In this document: positions 34,951 through 48,573 of the stretch, piece after piece
Numbering within the stretch: position 1 is the first letter of the stretch
Layout: every line of letters starts with the position of its first letter
Assembly (NCBI GenBank): GCA_036785375.1
Contig: JAWMAR010000131.1
Location: 372,001 to 436,000 of the forward strand
Length of the DNA stretch: 64,000 bases
DNA from: Leucoraja ocellata
Taxonomy: Eukaryota
Direction: 5' to 3'
Made by a program: the position numbers and the translations under genes
Notes under the pieces: generated by a model
The model's input: the letters and a program-made list of their open reading frames with translations, nothing else
The model's database searches: none
Told to the model about the DNA's origin: nothing

Positions 34951-37224
34951 ACAATTAATACATTACACGTATGGCCACAATTGGCCTGTTTTGAAAGCCG
35001 CGTGAGCTACTAAGTTTGCCGAGTTGCCATGTTTTGACAGGAAGGGTTTTATTTTGGATGGAGGGGTGGGTTGCAAGTCATCATGTGTGACAGCAATTCT
35101 GAAATCAGTGTGCAAAAAAATTGGACAGAGAACGGATAAAACATATGGTGGCTGGAAAATGAAAGTATATTCACTTAGGCATGTTCCATACTGTAGACAA
35201 TTAACACGAATGATGGTAATCAGCATAAATCAAGAAATTTGGATTATCAAAGTTCCTGTTCATAGAAAAATGATCACTTATCAAAAATTTGCATACGTTA
35301 CATTTATTGTCCTAAATAAATCTAAATCGCGTCGTGTACCTAAGCTGAAAAAAAAAAGAGAAAGCTTAAGATTTTAAGTGCTAATGAAAGACATTGCATA
35401 CTAAACTGATTAGTTCCTTTGTGCATTTTTGTGCCTGTCAAGTCATAAGCTACCTCTGGACATCACATCGCTGCCTCATAATAGACAACTGACATTCTGT
35501 AGTAAATGGAAAAAGAACAGAGCAGAACAGCAAATATTCTAATGCGTTGACACTCACTTGCCCTCTATTGTTCAAAATGAGGAGCAATCATCATTGTTCA
35601 TCAAATGGCTCCTAATGCAGTTAAAGCATTCAGCTATAATTTCTTATTGCATTTATAATTACTGTCATAGACTATACACCTCAGTGAGCATATTAAAGCT
35701 ATAAATTATGTAGGCCTTGCCATAGCTGAGGAAGTTGATTTTTCTGGCAGCAGTTATTTGTTAGAGAGCTAGGCTTTTCAGATAAAAAAGATGACTGAAG
35801 TGCTTGAACAATGCAAGGAATACTTTGTTCAGTCAGTCATCTAGAGTTGACTCGGGTAATTGCAAAACAACAAAGTTCTAGTGTTTTATTAATCCATTCT
35901 ATTAACAGGGCTGCAGTGTAGAGGTTGAGTGGCAGTCGAGGCAGAGATTATGTATCTGTGAATGTTTCTAAATAGAGTAAATTAATATAAAATATTCTGC
36001 TGTAAATGCAGTGAAAGTATAGCTTCATTCGGGCCATTGATGAAGGTTATTTTCTATTTTAAATTTTTAACGGGTACAACTCTTATGTGTAAAGCTTTCA
36101 ATCTTTTTGAAACATTTATTTTGCTTATTTTAATTTTGTCAGTCGTAGATGCCTTCTAACATCAGAGATTGACATTTGGATATTTGCCAAGCAAGAAACC
36201 CACACAATCACAGCAAAAAATGAAAACTGAAGTGCTCTAGCATGGATGTTGGCCGATGAATGTCTGGTTGTGAAGATGATAGTCACAAAAGTGTGAGGTT
36301 AAAATATGATTTATTTTTTAAAATATATACGTAACCTTTAAAAGGACAAACCTATTTGCTCGCTTCATATTTATTAAAACTAATGACATGTTTATGATTT
36401 TTCAAGTCAAATGCCATTGTGGTCAAAGTCTATTTATTCAGACCTAATTTTGCACACTTCTCTGTGATTAAGCTCCATTAAACGTAAATATAGCATACTT
36501 ACTAAAGTTGATCCTAACAGGTTAGTGACATTTGTAAACATTTGAGTGGCATCTGTAAAAAAAATACATGGTGGAGAATATTATCAGATTATGCTTCTGA
36601 ATAAAGGGAAATAGGCAAAACAATGTTTATCTGAAAGCAAAAAAAAAGATTACCATCAGTATTTATAGAAAGCCTGTTTATTGCGTTGCAGACAAATTCA
36701 ACAGTGTTATAAACTGGAAAAGTATAACCTAATGGGACTGGAAATCTCTGATGTGCCAAACAGCTTTGCTGCTCAAGTACTCAGTGGGCAGGATATAATC
36801 TTTTTGACTGTAGCGCAAAACATTTGGAACAATGTTGAAAATGTCAGTTATACCCTGGGTTGGAGGACTTGGAGGCATAGATTTTCATTGCAGAGATGTC
36901 ATGATTAAATTGACAAAATAATCTATAGATCGGAACCAACAATCTCGATATGGTTCAATGTCCAATGGTACTATATTAACCTTTGTTCATTCTTTTGCAT
37001 ACAATTCAGTAAAAATTTTATCATACATAATCACAATCATACTTAATTATGGATACCTAAGGAGATGAATGTGACAGGTCCTACTGAGAGGTATTTAGGA
37101 AATCTTGAGACTTAGCGTCTAAACTGGGAGAATTCACCTTTCAGCCAACATCTCAGACTACTCCATCCCAATGGCAGGAGAGACCCAGTATGGAAAATAA
37201 TGCAGTTTTATATGGTTGGGAAAG

Positions 37225-37678
37225 AAGTCCTTGAAGTCCCTAACATCGAGGAGTCCTGGGATCTTTTGCCGAGGGACGCCAGTGTTGGAGCTCCGCCCAG
37301 CTCGGCCTGTGGTCTTCGGGAGCCACGGTCTCCAGTAAGAAGTGGCCGATTCTGAACTCCAAGCTGCTGAGAGTGTTCTTCCGTTCCGACGTTGGAGTTC
37401 CGATCATCCCGGCGAGTGGGCCTGAACATCAGGCCGCCGTAGCGGCGACTGCAGAGGGCTCAAAGGCCCCGACCATGGGTGAACGAAGAGGAAGATGACC
37501 AAACTTTATTGCCATCATTCCCAGCGGGAAACGTTGATTCCGCTGTGTGGGGGTGTTCATGTTAAATTCTATCGTGTATTGTGTTATTTTTATTCGTATG
37601 GCTGCATCGTAACTCAAATCTCACTGCACCAATTGTTGCATGTGACAATAATATAAATGTAACTTGAACTTACTTTGA
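37225..37678 (+). mobile_element. Non-autonomous retroelement with GC-rich body and Rex1-like tail
   Basis: CpG-rich body, then ctcactgcacc..catgtgacaataa..(aacttg)n, a tail like those at 47690-47713 and 49795-49838. Confidence 0.5.
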
Positions 37679-37939
37679 AAGCAATATGTGGTAAACTGTG
37701 CTCATAATCCTCGAACTAAGCCAAACCTCTGCAGTCCTGCCTCATCCTCTCAGCAATTATGGTGGACAGTTAACCACCTAAGATGAGGAGGATGCACCTG
37801 ATGTGGCACATGAGTGCCAAAGCCAAGGTTGGAACATTGGCACAAATTCAGGCATGTGCCAAATGTTAACTCGTTCTTTGGTTCTTTCTGTGAATCCTGC
37901 TGTAATGGGAGTCAGTCTTTGGCCATATGAAATCAAAAG

Positions 37940-38420
37940 AGAGTGCAGATACTATAATCTGGGGGAAAAACTCAGCGGATCGAGCAGCAACTGTGGAGCA
38001 GAAGATTTATGTCGACATGTCAAGGAAGAGGAATGATTGCCATTATGCAGCTGTTTGAGGGAGAGTAGGATGAAGGCTCATAGATTCACCCTACTCCCCC
38101 TAGACGGGGAGGAGATGAAGGGCAGTTGGAACCAGGTGAGGGAGAAGAAGCTGATGGAAAACATTAACAAAGGGAAAGAATCTAGGCAGACAGGTGACTG
38201 CATATGGAAGAAGACCACAAGGGTTGGTTTTACTTAAAATTGGAAAATTCAGGGTTCATACCATTGGGTTGTGAGCTAAAGAGAAGCCTGAGGAGAGACA
38301 GATCAGTGTGGTATACTGCTATATTCTGGCAATCTTTCTCTTCCCTCTCAGTACCGATGCAGAGCTAGGACCCCAAACATTGATGTTGGGTTCTGCCAAC
38401 ATTCTGTATTTTTGTTTCAG
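37940..38420. mobile_element. Older diverged Penelope-like 3' end with inverted terminal copy
   Basis: aactcagcggatcgagcagc head and tacttaaaattggaaaattcagggttcatacc (ORF end on the minus strand) as at 54570-54600. Confidence 0.55.
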
Positions 38421-39044
38421 TATTTAGCTAATTCAATTTACTCTGCTTGATGTAATGAAACAGCTGACAGCACTGGGTTAACTGAAGGGAGCGGGATTAG
38501 GTAAAGTCCTGGCCCTATTGCCAAAGACTTGCACTACAGTACCAGCAAAGTCCTTCATACAATTACGGCCCCAGCATGACTCTTAACCATATAGAAAACT
38601 GCCCAGGTACCTCCTGTTTACAAAAGGCAGGAGAAATTCAATCTGGCCAATTAGCCATCTCTCCATCATTAGGAAAGTGATGGAAGTATCATCAGGCAGC
38701 ACTTACACACTGACAACCTGCTCATCAATGTCATGTCAAGATGTTGCCAGAATCTTTTAACTCTAGCGCTTATTACAGCTTCGGTATATTAGTCCAATCA
38801 TGGTTGAAAGCACTGAATTCTGGAAGTAACTGAGAGTAACTGGTCTGGACATTAAGGCAACATTTGAAATTGAGTTTGTAAGTAGCCCAGGCAACATTTA
38901 AGTTTCTTTATTATTTAAAAATCACTTTTGTTTTATGTTTTTACTGAATGTGAATGTTGGTGGCAATCTTAATTTCCCCTTAAACGAAGTGACTTATTAC
39001 GCCATTCCTGAGGGGAGTTGAGAGTCAGGTTGGATAGGGATGCC

Positions 39045-39140
39045 AATTTACTTACAATCCTGTACGACTTTGGGGTGTGGGAGGAAACCGGAACATCCGG
39101 AGAAAGCCCATGCATGTCATGGGGAGAACGTACAAACTCT
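39045..39140 (-). mobile_element. HE1-like SINE core fragment
   Basis: gtgtgggaggaaaccggaacatccggagaaagccc..ggggagaacgtacaaactc. Confidence 0.7.
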
Positions 39141-39730
39141 TGCCTAGAGGATAACTGTTTAACCCTAAATCTATGACGTTTTGTGGTCCCTATTTCTGAT
39201 GCAAGCTTTCCATTCCAAATTGACTTAAATGATTGAATTTCAATCCCATGTTATCTCAAGATCACATCTTCAAATGAATAATGCACTCTGGATTTTTACC
39301 CAGCAATTGAATCACTGTGTTGCCATCCCTAGAGGGTTGGGGGAATCATAGGGAAAATTCTCTACTTCTCACATCAGACCTCCACCAAGGAAGATGGCCA
39401 GGGTTATTGGAGTCCCTTCGGGAAGTGACCAGCTCCAACTATCTTCAACTTCTTCATAAATTGCCCTTCATCTTCCATAAGGTTTGAAATGAGGACGTGA
39501 GTGAACAATATTCAATTCTATATGTAACTCCCCAGAAAATGAATCCGCACTGCTGCTGCATCCAACAAAGTGGAATGGTTGATCGGTGACAAGTAACATT
39601 CATGAATGTTACTGTACACGTGCAAAGCTTTCCTTTGACATTCAAAGATATTAATATCTATGAATCTACACCAATAACATTCTAGAGATGACCTATTGCT
39701 ACAAATTAGAATCTGGGTAGCCTATGTTGG

Positions 39731-40037
39731 ACATAGAAACTTAGAAACATCGAAAATAGGTGCAGGAGTAGACCATTCGGCCCTTCGAGCCTGCACCGCC
39801 ATTCAATATGATCATGGCTGATCATCCAACTCAGTATCCTGCACCTGCTTTCTCTCCATACCCCCTGATCCCTTTTGCCACAAGGGCCACATCTAACTCC
39901 CTCTTAAATATAGCCAATGAACTGGCCTCAACTACATTCTTTGCAGAGAATTCCAGAGATTCACCACTCTCTGTGTAAAAAATGTTTTTCCCATCTCAGT
40001 CCTAAAAGATTTCCCCTTTATCCTTAAACTGTGACCC
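39731..40037 (-). mobile_element. Young CR1 LINE 3' fragment inserted in an older LINE remnant
   Basis: Near-identical reverse complement of 30660-30960 (GHSLRIKGKSFRTEMGKTFFTQRVVNLWNSL); ggacat on both sides. Confidence 0.9.
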
Positions 40038-41164
40038 GGACATCTCATCCCCCAACTTCCTAAAACCAATTCACCAACAGCGAACACAAATAAGAAGTGT
40101 GATGATTTATGCCCTGGATCAATTAAGAATCTCCAGCATTGAAGAAACTCAAAGGGAACCAGAACAAAGTTGCCCATCTAATTAACATCCCATTCATCAT
40201 CGAAAATCCGTATTGCGTCCATCACTGGTGTTTCTCGCTTGCAGAATGCAGCATCTACAGAATGTTCAGCAGTCACTAAGAGTGGCTACATTAACAGAAC
40301 TTCTTGATTGATAATGATCCACAAAGACAAACTAAATGTACATAGATGCATCATCACTTGCAAATCTCCCTTGAAGTCACATACCGTGATAGTGGGTTAT
40401 TGCCACCAGGTCCAACTTTCATATTTCCCCACTCGATACCACATTGCAAGGCCCAATAAAGAACGACAACAGTTTAACATAATTTCGGCAAAGACAACAA
40501 AGCTGCTTGGTTATGACGGCTGTTTCCCATTAATGTAGGTTTTTTTTTTAAATGGTGGGTGGTAAATCCCATAGAAACTTCAGTGTAAGCCACAGAACAT
40601 TTTAAATCTTTAGCTACATTTACTTTTTTTGTGCCAATGTCTCCTACACAGAATTTGTGGGAGTGTTGTTCAAGTCAGCTGGCTTGAGCCAAATATTGAA
40701 ACAGGTAGCAGGAACCCTGCTGAGTTGCACCCAGTGAAGTTAGTGTTTCTAGAGCTTTGGGTTGGGGAGAAAATTGCAATCCAATTTGGACCTTTCAGTC
40801 CCAATCTGGTTCCCAAAGCACCATAGCCCAAGAACAGCTTGCAGGATACTTCAGATTGAGAATTCCTCCATGAGCAGTCGATAGCTGATGTTGATATAAA
40901 TATTTATATTTGCTTGCTTTTCAAAAATCCCCACTAATCATCAGCAAGTTTTGCCATGCGTGGCACCTCCTCCCTGTCATTCGCATGGCAACACCAATAA
41001 CATAATAAAGGGTGAACCTTCAGAATAGAAATTTAAGGCCCCGCTTGTTTGCAATGGGCTGCCTTTTTCTGAGTTGAGTTGATCATATAAACATATCAGT
41101 AAGAACTAAAGAGGGGAGATAAGCAAGGTTTTAGTGTCAGAGTGGAACACATACACACATTGCT

Positions 41165-41608
41165 TCTTTCACCAGCCCGTTATGCAGGCAGGGGACAGGG
41201 CAAGCGGGGGGAGCGTTGTCTGAGTGAAATTCACAAGGTGCAAAGCCAATGTGATACAGACACACCGTGATGTGCAGGAAGGTTGGCACTGTAATTAAGA
41301 CGGTGAAAGCACAGTGTACAGGAAGGGTCTTTAAAAGAGGAGGTGGGAGAAGGAGTGGAGACAACGTTTAAGAAGCCAGAGACACACGGCTGTGAAGCTC
41401 AGCGGATATTAACATTACCACCGGTCGGGTATCCTTGGTTCTGAAAACTACTGCTTAGGTAGGTTAAGGCCGCGACTAGTTCCCAGAATGCGGGAACTCC
41501 TCACGACCATGAAGGCGACTCCCCGGCAACCACCGGCGACCATGTGGCGATCACATTCTGTGGTGATCCTGCAGTCGCCTAAAAAATCGTCTAAGTGGGA
41601 CCGGCCCA
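41165..41608. mobile_element. Harbinger-type MITE, one TIR retained
   Basis: Ends ctaagtgggaccggccca|tta; interior is the reverse complement of 45487-46129. Confidence 0.75.
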
Positions 41609-41610
41609 TT

Positions 41611-41707
41611 ACAAACTCCATACAGACATACACCCCTAGCCAGGATCGAACCTGGGTCTCTGGCGCTGTAAGGCAGTAGCTCTATCACTATGTCACCGTG
41701 CCGTCCA
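41611..41707 (-). mobile_element. HE1-like SINE 5' fragment
   Basis: caggatcgaacctgggtctctggcgctgtaaggcagtagctctatcact. Confidence 0.75.
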
Positions 41708-41879
41708 ATTAATCAATGACCATTCGGTATAATGAAGGCAGCATGCTAAAGTTGTGGTGCCTTCCATTTACGATGATTGAGGTGTGTTTGCAATATCATA
41801 AGTACAGTACATGGCATCAGTTAAACTTAGCATTTCTTCAAGGAGATGGGGATACCGGGTTGGCTTAGATACTGACTCT

Positions 41880-42500
41880 GGCAGCACAATGGCGCTGCTC
41901 CAGAGACCCAGGTTTGATCCTGACTATAGGTGCAGTCAGTATAGATTGTGTACGTTCTCCCCGTGACCGTGTGGGTTTTCCCCGGGTGCTCCGGTTTCCT
42001 CCCACACTCCAAAGACGTACAGGTTTGTAGATTAATTGGCTTCAGTAAAGATTGTAAATTGTCCTTAGTGTGTTGGTTTGTGCTAGTGTACGGGGATCGT
42101 TGGTTGACATGGGCTCGGTGGGCCAATGGGTTTCCGCACTGTATCTCTAAACTAGATTAAACAAAAGAAAACTGGAATAATGAGAGTAACGGGCGGCATG
42201 GTGGCGCAGCGGTAGAGTTGCTGCCTTGCAGCACCAGAGACCCGGGTTCAATCCCGACCATCGGTGCTGTCTGTACGGAATTTATACATTCTCCTCCTGA
42301 CCACGTGGGTTTTCTCCGAGATCTTCGGTTTCCGCCCACACTCCAGAGATGTACAAGTTTGTAGGTTAAGTTGCTTGGTATGAATGTATAAATGTAAAAT
42401 TGTGTGTAGGGCAACGTTACTGGTAGGAGATCGCTGGTCGGTGTGGACTCGGTGGACAAAGGGCCTGTTTCCGCACTGTGTCTCCAACCTAAACTAAACC
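41880..42500 (+). mobile_element. Two tandem HE1-like SINEs (41880-42160, 42191-42500)
   Basis: Two head-to-tail copies, each with tRNA head, core and ctaaact tail. Confidence 0.85.
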
Positions 42501-43904
42501 CTGAAATTGTCTGTTTTTTAGTTAAATGTACCAAGATTTTAGTAGCAAGTTTACCAATTAGCATAAATGCAGTAAACAAGCAGGTTTATTGTTCTGTTTC
42601 TTGTAGTCATCATCTTCTAATCCTTTCAGCTCCATTATTAACTACCCTCCCATCCTCTCTCATGTCATCCTGTATTGTTGTTTGACAGTTGTTAAGCTGT
42701 TAGATGTGCCAATACATCTTATGCAATCCTGCACTTATAGCCGTGAATATTCTTCTCATCCACTGGACCATGCTGATCTGAGCAAGCCTAATTTAATATA
42801 GTAAAGATGTTGTCAAAAATGTATTAAAAAAATTAAAGAAATTATTAACCTATTTAAAAAAAACACAAAATCTACCTTCAAAAATAATTGCTCACTTTGC
42901 TCTGCCGTTCAATAAGACTATGTTCTTATCTGTCGGAGATTTCTCTCGGAGACTGTCCGAGAAAGATCAAGTTCAAATCCTCCTTCCCTGAGGTTTCTCC
43001 AAAAACCTGCCCTAGGAGTGAAAATTCTACGCAGGCATTATCTATGAGAGCTGTTACTTTGTGAAAGTCCAAGATGTGTCCTGTCTAATTGATCCTCTGG
43101 GATGTAGGGAAGGTGTTGGACCTTTCTGCTGCTCATTTAGGGAGGTGGGATGATATTCCTACAGGATGCACCGAGCAGCAAACTGTAAACTCAGTGGAGG
43201 GAACTGAAAATGATCCATGGAGAGTTATTAGGAAATTGGACCTCCGTGGGTCCAGGTATATGTGTGAAACTCTATCTAGGGGTCACAGATCTCAAAGTTG
43301 ACTTATTTGTTGAACTGTAGTCAGCATGGACATTGCTCACCAGAAGAATATATGTAACAGTGCATGTGTCACTGTAAATCCTGGATAAATAATGTCTTAA
43401 GTGATGAGGCTTGTGATCACAGTGGCTGCCTATAATATATCCAACATCTATGATCTGTCTGCACATCGTCCGATAAGTGTAGATAAATTAGGTGTGGGAG
43501 AGATACGGAAGGAAGGTTGGCAAGTGTTCTTGAGCAACATAAAAGAGAATGCAGATCAAGTGTGATTCTACCTTTAAATAGCTTGATTTCCTGAGAAACT
43601 GTGTTGGTCAGACTAGGTAAGCAGCTGCTGCCATTTTCTGAACCTGTGAGGTTGAAAATCCCTTTGGTCATGAAAACAACAAACCCTCAGCTACTGCTGA
43701 TGTAATTTGGTGAGGATCATTCCAGAACCAAGTTTCAAGCATTGCCGAAAAATCCAATGAAATGCCAGAATTTCCCACTTGACTCTGTTATCCCAAAGCG
43801 TTTCCAACGGCACGTGTTGTTCCTTGTTTAAGAATTTCTAGGCACATTTCCACTTGTTTTTAATCCTTTTTGTCTCCTTTTTCTGGATTTGTTTTTACTG
43901 ATTG

Positions 43905-44100
43905 AGCAAGATATACAACATGGAAAGAGGTCTTTCACCCACCGACCACGGATCACACTATGTGATCCTACTTTCGCATCCACATCTGCATTAACCTACA
44001 AACCTGCATGTCTTTGGGATGTGAGAGGATATGCACAAAATCACTGAGTGCACATGCAAACTCCACTCAGAGAGCACCCAAGATCAGGATCGAATCCACA
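43905..44100 (-). mobile_element. Degenerate HE1-like SINE
   Basis: attaacctacaaacctgcatgtctttgggatgtg..caggatcgaatcc. Confidence 0.65.
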
Positions 44101-45064
44101 TCCCTGTTCCTTCTCTGTATTTCATTCTGTGTTTCTTCCACCTCCACAGGTCGTTTAACTACAATATTGTATGTGCTTATTTTCTCCCTGCTCTTGCTGT
44201 AATTATTTCTCCCTGTCTCACTCTGGCTGTTTCCTCTCTGTCTTACTTCAATAATAGAGTATACTGGCTGCACAGTCACAAACATAACCATAATTTGGAC
44301 ATTCAACAATATCAGACATCAACTAAACTACGCATTTTCTCGGTGTGCTGTGCGATTTTGTCTGAGACAATGTGTGCTTCTGCTAATGTGCTGTTTTACC
44401 TTCACCTGATTTCACAGCATCTTCCCTTCAGCAAGCTCCACCAACACAGATGCAGAGGTTTTACATTTCACCTTGCCTAACCTTGCAGATGTTACAGCGC
44501 TCCTTTGTGTAGCAATTAACCCAGATGTGGTAAACTACTTATTGGAACATATTAGGATTTAATGGTTGTGCGTTCAATTCAAACAGGAATTGTGAATACA
44601 TATGAAATGCAAGATCAGAGTCGCGTAACCAAAACAGCCACAATAATCATCTGCAAATGAACCACCAGAAAGAGCTATTGGGAATAGAAATCAGATTGAG
44701 CACACATAATCTTCGCACAAACAGTCCATCAAGTGTTCACTTCTCCTTGTTCTCAGTTGATTACAAATAACTCCCATTGGGCTGATCTTCTTCATATCGA
44801 GTCCACACACAAGTTTAGAAATTGTTCAGCCAGAGCTGAACACACTACTCGGTATCTGCATACAATGGTGTCTGTCCTGTCGCTTCTCGCGCGCGGTGGT
44901 GGAATGATTGGTGGAAACAGGGCCGCAACGTGAACGCTCTTTCCATGACCCTATTGGGCTGATGTCAGATGATCACTCAGGTGAATTTCCTAATATGCAT
45001 AAATTTTGAATTATGAGTACAATTTTCCTCACTTTGACAACAGCTTGTGCAATAGTAATTTTTT

Positions 45065-45353
45065 TTAGTTTAGTTTAGAGATACGGCACGGAACCAGGCC
45101 CTTCGGCCCACCGAGTCCATACCGACCAGCGATCCCCCATACACTAACACTATCCTACACACACGAGGGATATTTTACAATTACACCAAGCCAAATAACC
45201 TACAAACCTGTATGTCTTTGGGATGAGGGTGGTAGATCTCGCAGAAAACCCACACAGGTCACGGGGGTACAAACTCCGTACAGAGAACACCCATAGGTAG
45301 GATCGAACCCAGGTCTCTGCCACTGTAAAGCAGCAACTGTACCGTTGCGCCCC
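45065..45353 (-). mobile_element. HE1-like SINE
   Basis: Reverse complement of the consensus with (TTTAG)n tail. Confidence 0.85.
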
Positions 45354-45486
45354 ATCTGCAAATTATTTTTTTAAAGTTTAGTACTTGCTTCTGGCACCAG
45401 AGGCAGCCATTAAGAACATAAGTAATATTAGTCAGACTTGCTCATTCTGTCCTTGAACCTGCTTGATCATCAGGTAGATACAGTTA

Positions 45487-46366
45487 AGGGCCTGTCCCAC
45501 TTAGGTGACTTTTTAGGCGAGTGCAGGAGACTCTGCTCTAGCCTCATGATCGCCACATGGTCACCACATGGTCGCTGGTGGTCTCTGGTGAGTCTCCTTC
45601 AAGGTCGCGAGGTGTTCCCGCATTCTGGGAACTAGTCGCGGCCTCAGTATGGTCACAGCAAAATTTTCGACATGTTGAACATTTTTCGGCGACTAAAAAT
45701 TGGTCGCCAGAGAGAAAGTCGATAATTCTGTAGTCGTAGATGCAGTTGTAGTGGGGTCACCATGTAGTCATGGTTAGTTGTAGGTAGTTTTAGTTCATCG
45801 CCTTTGCTGACCGGGCATTTTCATTGGCTCATTGGGGGAAAAAAATGTAAGCACGAGTTTTCAGAACCAAGGATAACCGACCGGTAATGTTAAATGCCCG
45901 TCAAACTTCTCAGTTGTGTATCTCTGGTTTATTAAAAGTTCTCTGGCTTCTTAAAAGTGTCTCCACTCCTTCTTCCCCCTTCTCCCCCCCCCCCCCCCCC
46001 CTCTCCCCACTTCTCCCCACCCCCCCAACCCCCTCTTTTAAACACTGTGCTAGCCATCTTAACCTTCCTGTTCATCGCGGTGTGTGTCTGTATCACCTTG
46101 GCTTTGCACCGTGTGAATTTCTGAAAGCANNNNNNNNNNNNNNNNNNNNNNNNNNNNNNNNNNNNNNNNNNNNNNNNNNNNNNNNNNNNNNNNNNNNNNN
46201 NNNNNNNNNNNNNNNNNNNNNNNNNNNNNNNNNNNNNNNNNNNNNNNNNNNNNNNNNNNNNNNNNNNNNNNNNNNNNNNTTCCAGTTCCCGGTTTTTCAG
46301 GCGAGTGCCGCGAACTTGACAGTCGCCGTGGGTCCGCTGAAAAATCGCCTAAGTGGGACAGGCCCT
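45487..46366. mobile_element. PIF/Harbinger-type non-autonomous element spanning an assembly gap
   Basis: TIRs AGGGCCTGTCCCACTTAGG and CCTAAGTGGGACAGGCCCT with TTA at 45484-45486 and 46367-46369. Confidence 0.85.
46130..46279. other. Assembly gap (150 N)
   Basis: Run of n. Confidence 1.
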
Positions 46367-47479
46367 TTAGTGACCATATTCCTGTCATATTTTGGGATAT
46401 TTAACTAAAATCCCAAACCAGGGTTTTATTCAGCCCTCTAGCCCTATAATGAAGAAAGACATATTGGAAAGTGGCAGTAAACTATATAAGGTCAGGAAAT
46501 CTTAAAGTCACAATGTTAGCTTCTCGAAATGAGGATTAAATTCAGATCGGTTATGATGCTCCTCATGTGCTCCATCAGCTTCAAATAAACCTGGTATGGT
46601 GGAACAGCTTAATCAATGTGTACTAAGGACAGAATTGCTTTAAGGCGAGCCCTTAAACCAAATGGTAGTTTAATTGACAGGCTGGTGGACTAATGAATAA
46701 AGAGGTATCTAGAAAGTGTTTGGCCCAAATTCTGCTGGCTTAATCCTGCAGTTCTCAGCGTAAGTCCTGGCGAGTGTTGTGTGAATGCAGAAATCCTAAA
46801 CTCACGGAGCAAGTTCCTCCAACACTTTGCCAACTGTACTCCCTGCTGAACTGTGGAGCATTCAAAAGTGGAGCAGTAGCCTGTTGTGATTGTTCAGTCC
46901 TTCAGGAAGAATGAGGTTTGTTTGTTGTTAAATTATTTGTGTTAGCTTTAATGTGTTTAATGTAAAAGTTTATTTTCAATGTTAATTTTTAACATTTTAA
47001 TTCAGCATTTATTAGTGTTTTTGACTATTTCAGAATGCCAGGGATGTTCAGTAGCATTGAAACATTTGCCAGCTTTGACAGATGGCACAGCTGAAGGTGG
47101 AGTTTTGCCTTGGTTCACTCAGTAGAATCCAGGCCTTTCGCTTCCTGCCAAGCTGAGGTAATCTGCAATAAAATGGCCGAGAAGTGGTGACTCCCTCTTT
47201 AATGCTGATTAGTTTCAGATAACACATAGTTTATAGATATATATATGCATCCCCATGAGGTACGTTTGCCGTATGTGATGAAGAGTAGATTGATGTCTGT
47301 TGTACAGTTTATTCAGCCTGTTGAAGTTGTATCAAGATTGACCCATGGATTGTATTGTATGGACCTTTGCCGCACCTTTGAGGGAGGCTTCATGCTGCCA
47401 CTGAAGGAATATTAAGAATAAGCCTAAAATTTGTAACACGGTGTAGACCCTGAATGGTGTAGACCTGCTGTTGGCCCAC

Positions 47480-47713
47480 AGTCTAGGCAACTGAAGCATT
47501 CTATCACAATCAGAGAGCAATGTTGAACTACTATCTACCAATTTGGACTATCCCTCGGACTATCGTTGACTTTGCTGACAATACCTTGCGCTTAACGTTA
47601 TCCCCTTACCATGTATCTATACACTGTAAATGGCTCAATTGTAATCATGTATTGTCTTTCTGCTGACTGGATAGCACACAACAAAAGCTTTTCACTGTAC
47701 TGTAAACGTGACA
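47480..47713 (+). mobile_element. Rex1/Babar-like LINE 3' UTR
   Basis: aaagcttttcactgtac..cgtgaca tail; resembles the reverse complement of 5640-5870. Confidence 0.6.
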
Positions 47714-47809
47714 GTGTGGCGGCGCCTGCTGGCGCACGCAGATATTGAACCCGGCATTTGGAAGCCGCGGTCACGTGACTCGGGAGAGGCTGCTGTTTTC
47801 GCGCGGTTT

Positions 47810-48027
47810 TGCTTTCTCCCTCCTTCTACTCCCCTTTCCAGCTCTCCCACAGCCCTCTGTCTCCGCCTCTTCCTTTCTTCTTCCCGCCTACCCAACCCCC
47901 ACATCAGTCTGAAGAAGGGTATCGACCCAAAACGTCACCTATTCCTTCGCTCCATAGATGCTGCCTCACTTGCTGAGTTTCTCCAGCATTTTTGTCTACC
48001 TTCGATTTTTCCAGCATCTGCAGTTTT
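47810..48027 (+). mobile_element. Penelope-derived terminal repeat with decayed hammerhead
   Basis: cagtctgaagaagggtatcgacccaaaacgtcacc..gatgctgcc..gctgagtttctccagcatttttgtctacc. Confidence 0.75.
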
Positions 48028-48377
48028 TAAACTTACAATGTATGAGAGGATTCATTTATTTTCGTATCTGCAAATATTTCCAAATATTTTCTTTCAGGGC
48101 AAGGCTAATATAATACTTCATACCATTCTTTAATTAAACACAGGCATGTTTAAATAATTGACTCAGAATCTTAAAATATTATATTTTGAGTTAATCTAGT
48201 TTGCGTGCATGTCATTTTCAGAAGTCAATTAGTTAGAAGACATTATGGCTATTCTGTTCATACCAGCTTCCATTCTTAATGTAGACACAGCAGACTGCAG
48301 ATAGTAGAATCTACTCCTCCTTCAATTCCTTTGTTTTTCTTGCCCTCCCTCTTCTACATTCCCTTCAGATTTCTTGG

Positions 48378-48573
48378 CCCCCCGCACAATAACACTATCC
48401 TAAAAAACCCTTGGGACAATTTACACTTATACCAAACCAATTAACCTACAAACCAATACATCAGTCACGGGGAGAACGTAAATCTCCGTACAGACAGCAT
48501 CCATAGTCAAGATCAAGCCCGGGTCTCCGTCGCTGTAAGGCAGCAACTCTACCGCTGCACCACTGTGCTGCCC
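48378..48573 (-). mobile_element. HE1-like SINE with internal deletion
   Basis: Reverse complement of head and part of the core. Confidence 0.75.

Noticed and set aside
44865-44940. Small CpG-rich patch
   Set aside because: Probably a fragment of another repeat; no TSD, TIR or second copy in the window to support a call.
45887-46408. 173-aa and 109-aa ORFs
   Set aside because: Artefacts of translating through the 150-N gap inside a transposon.
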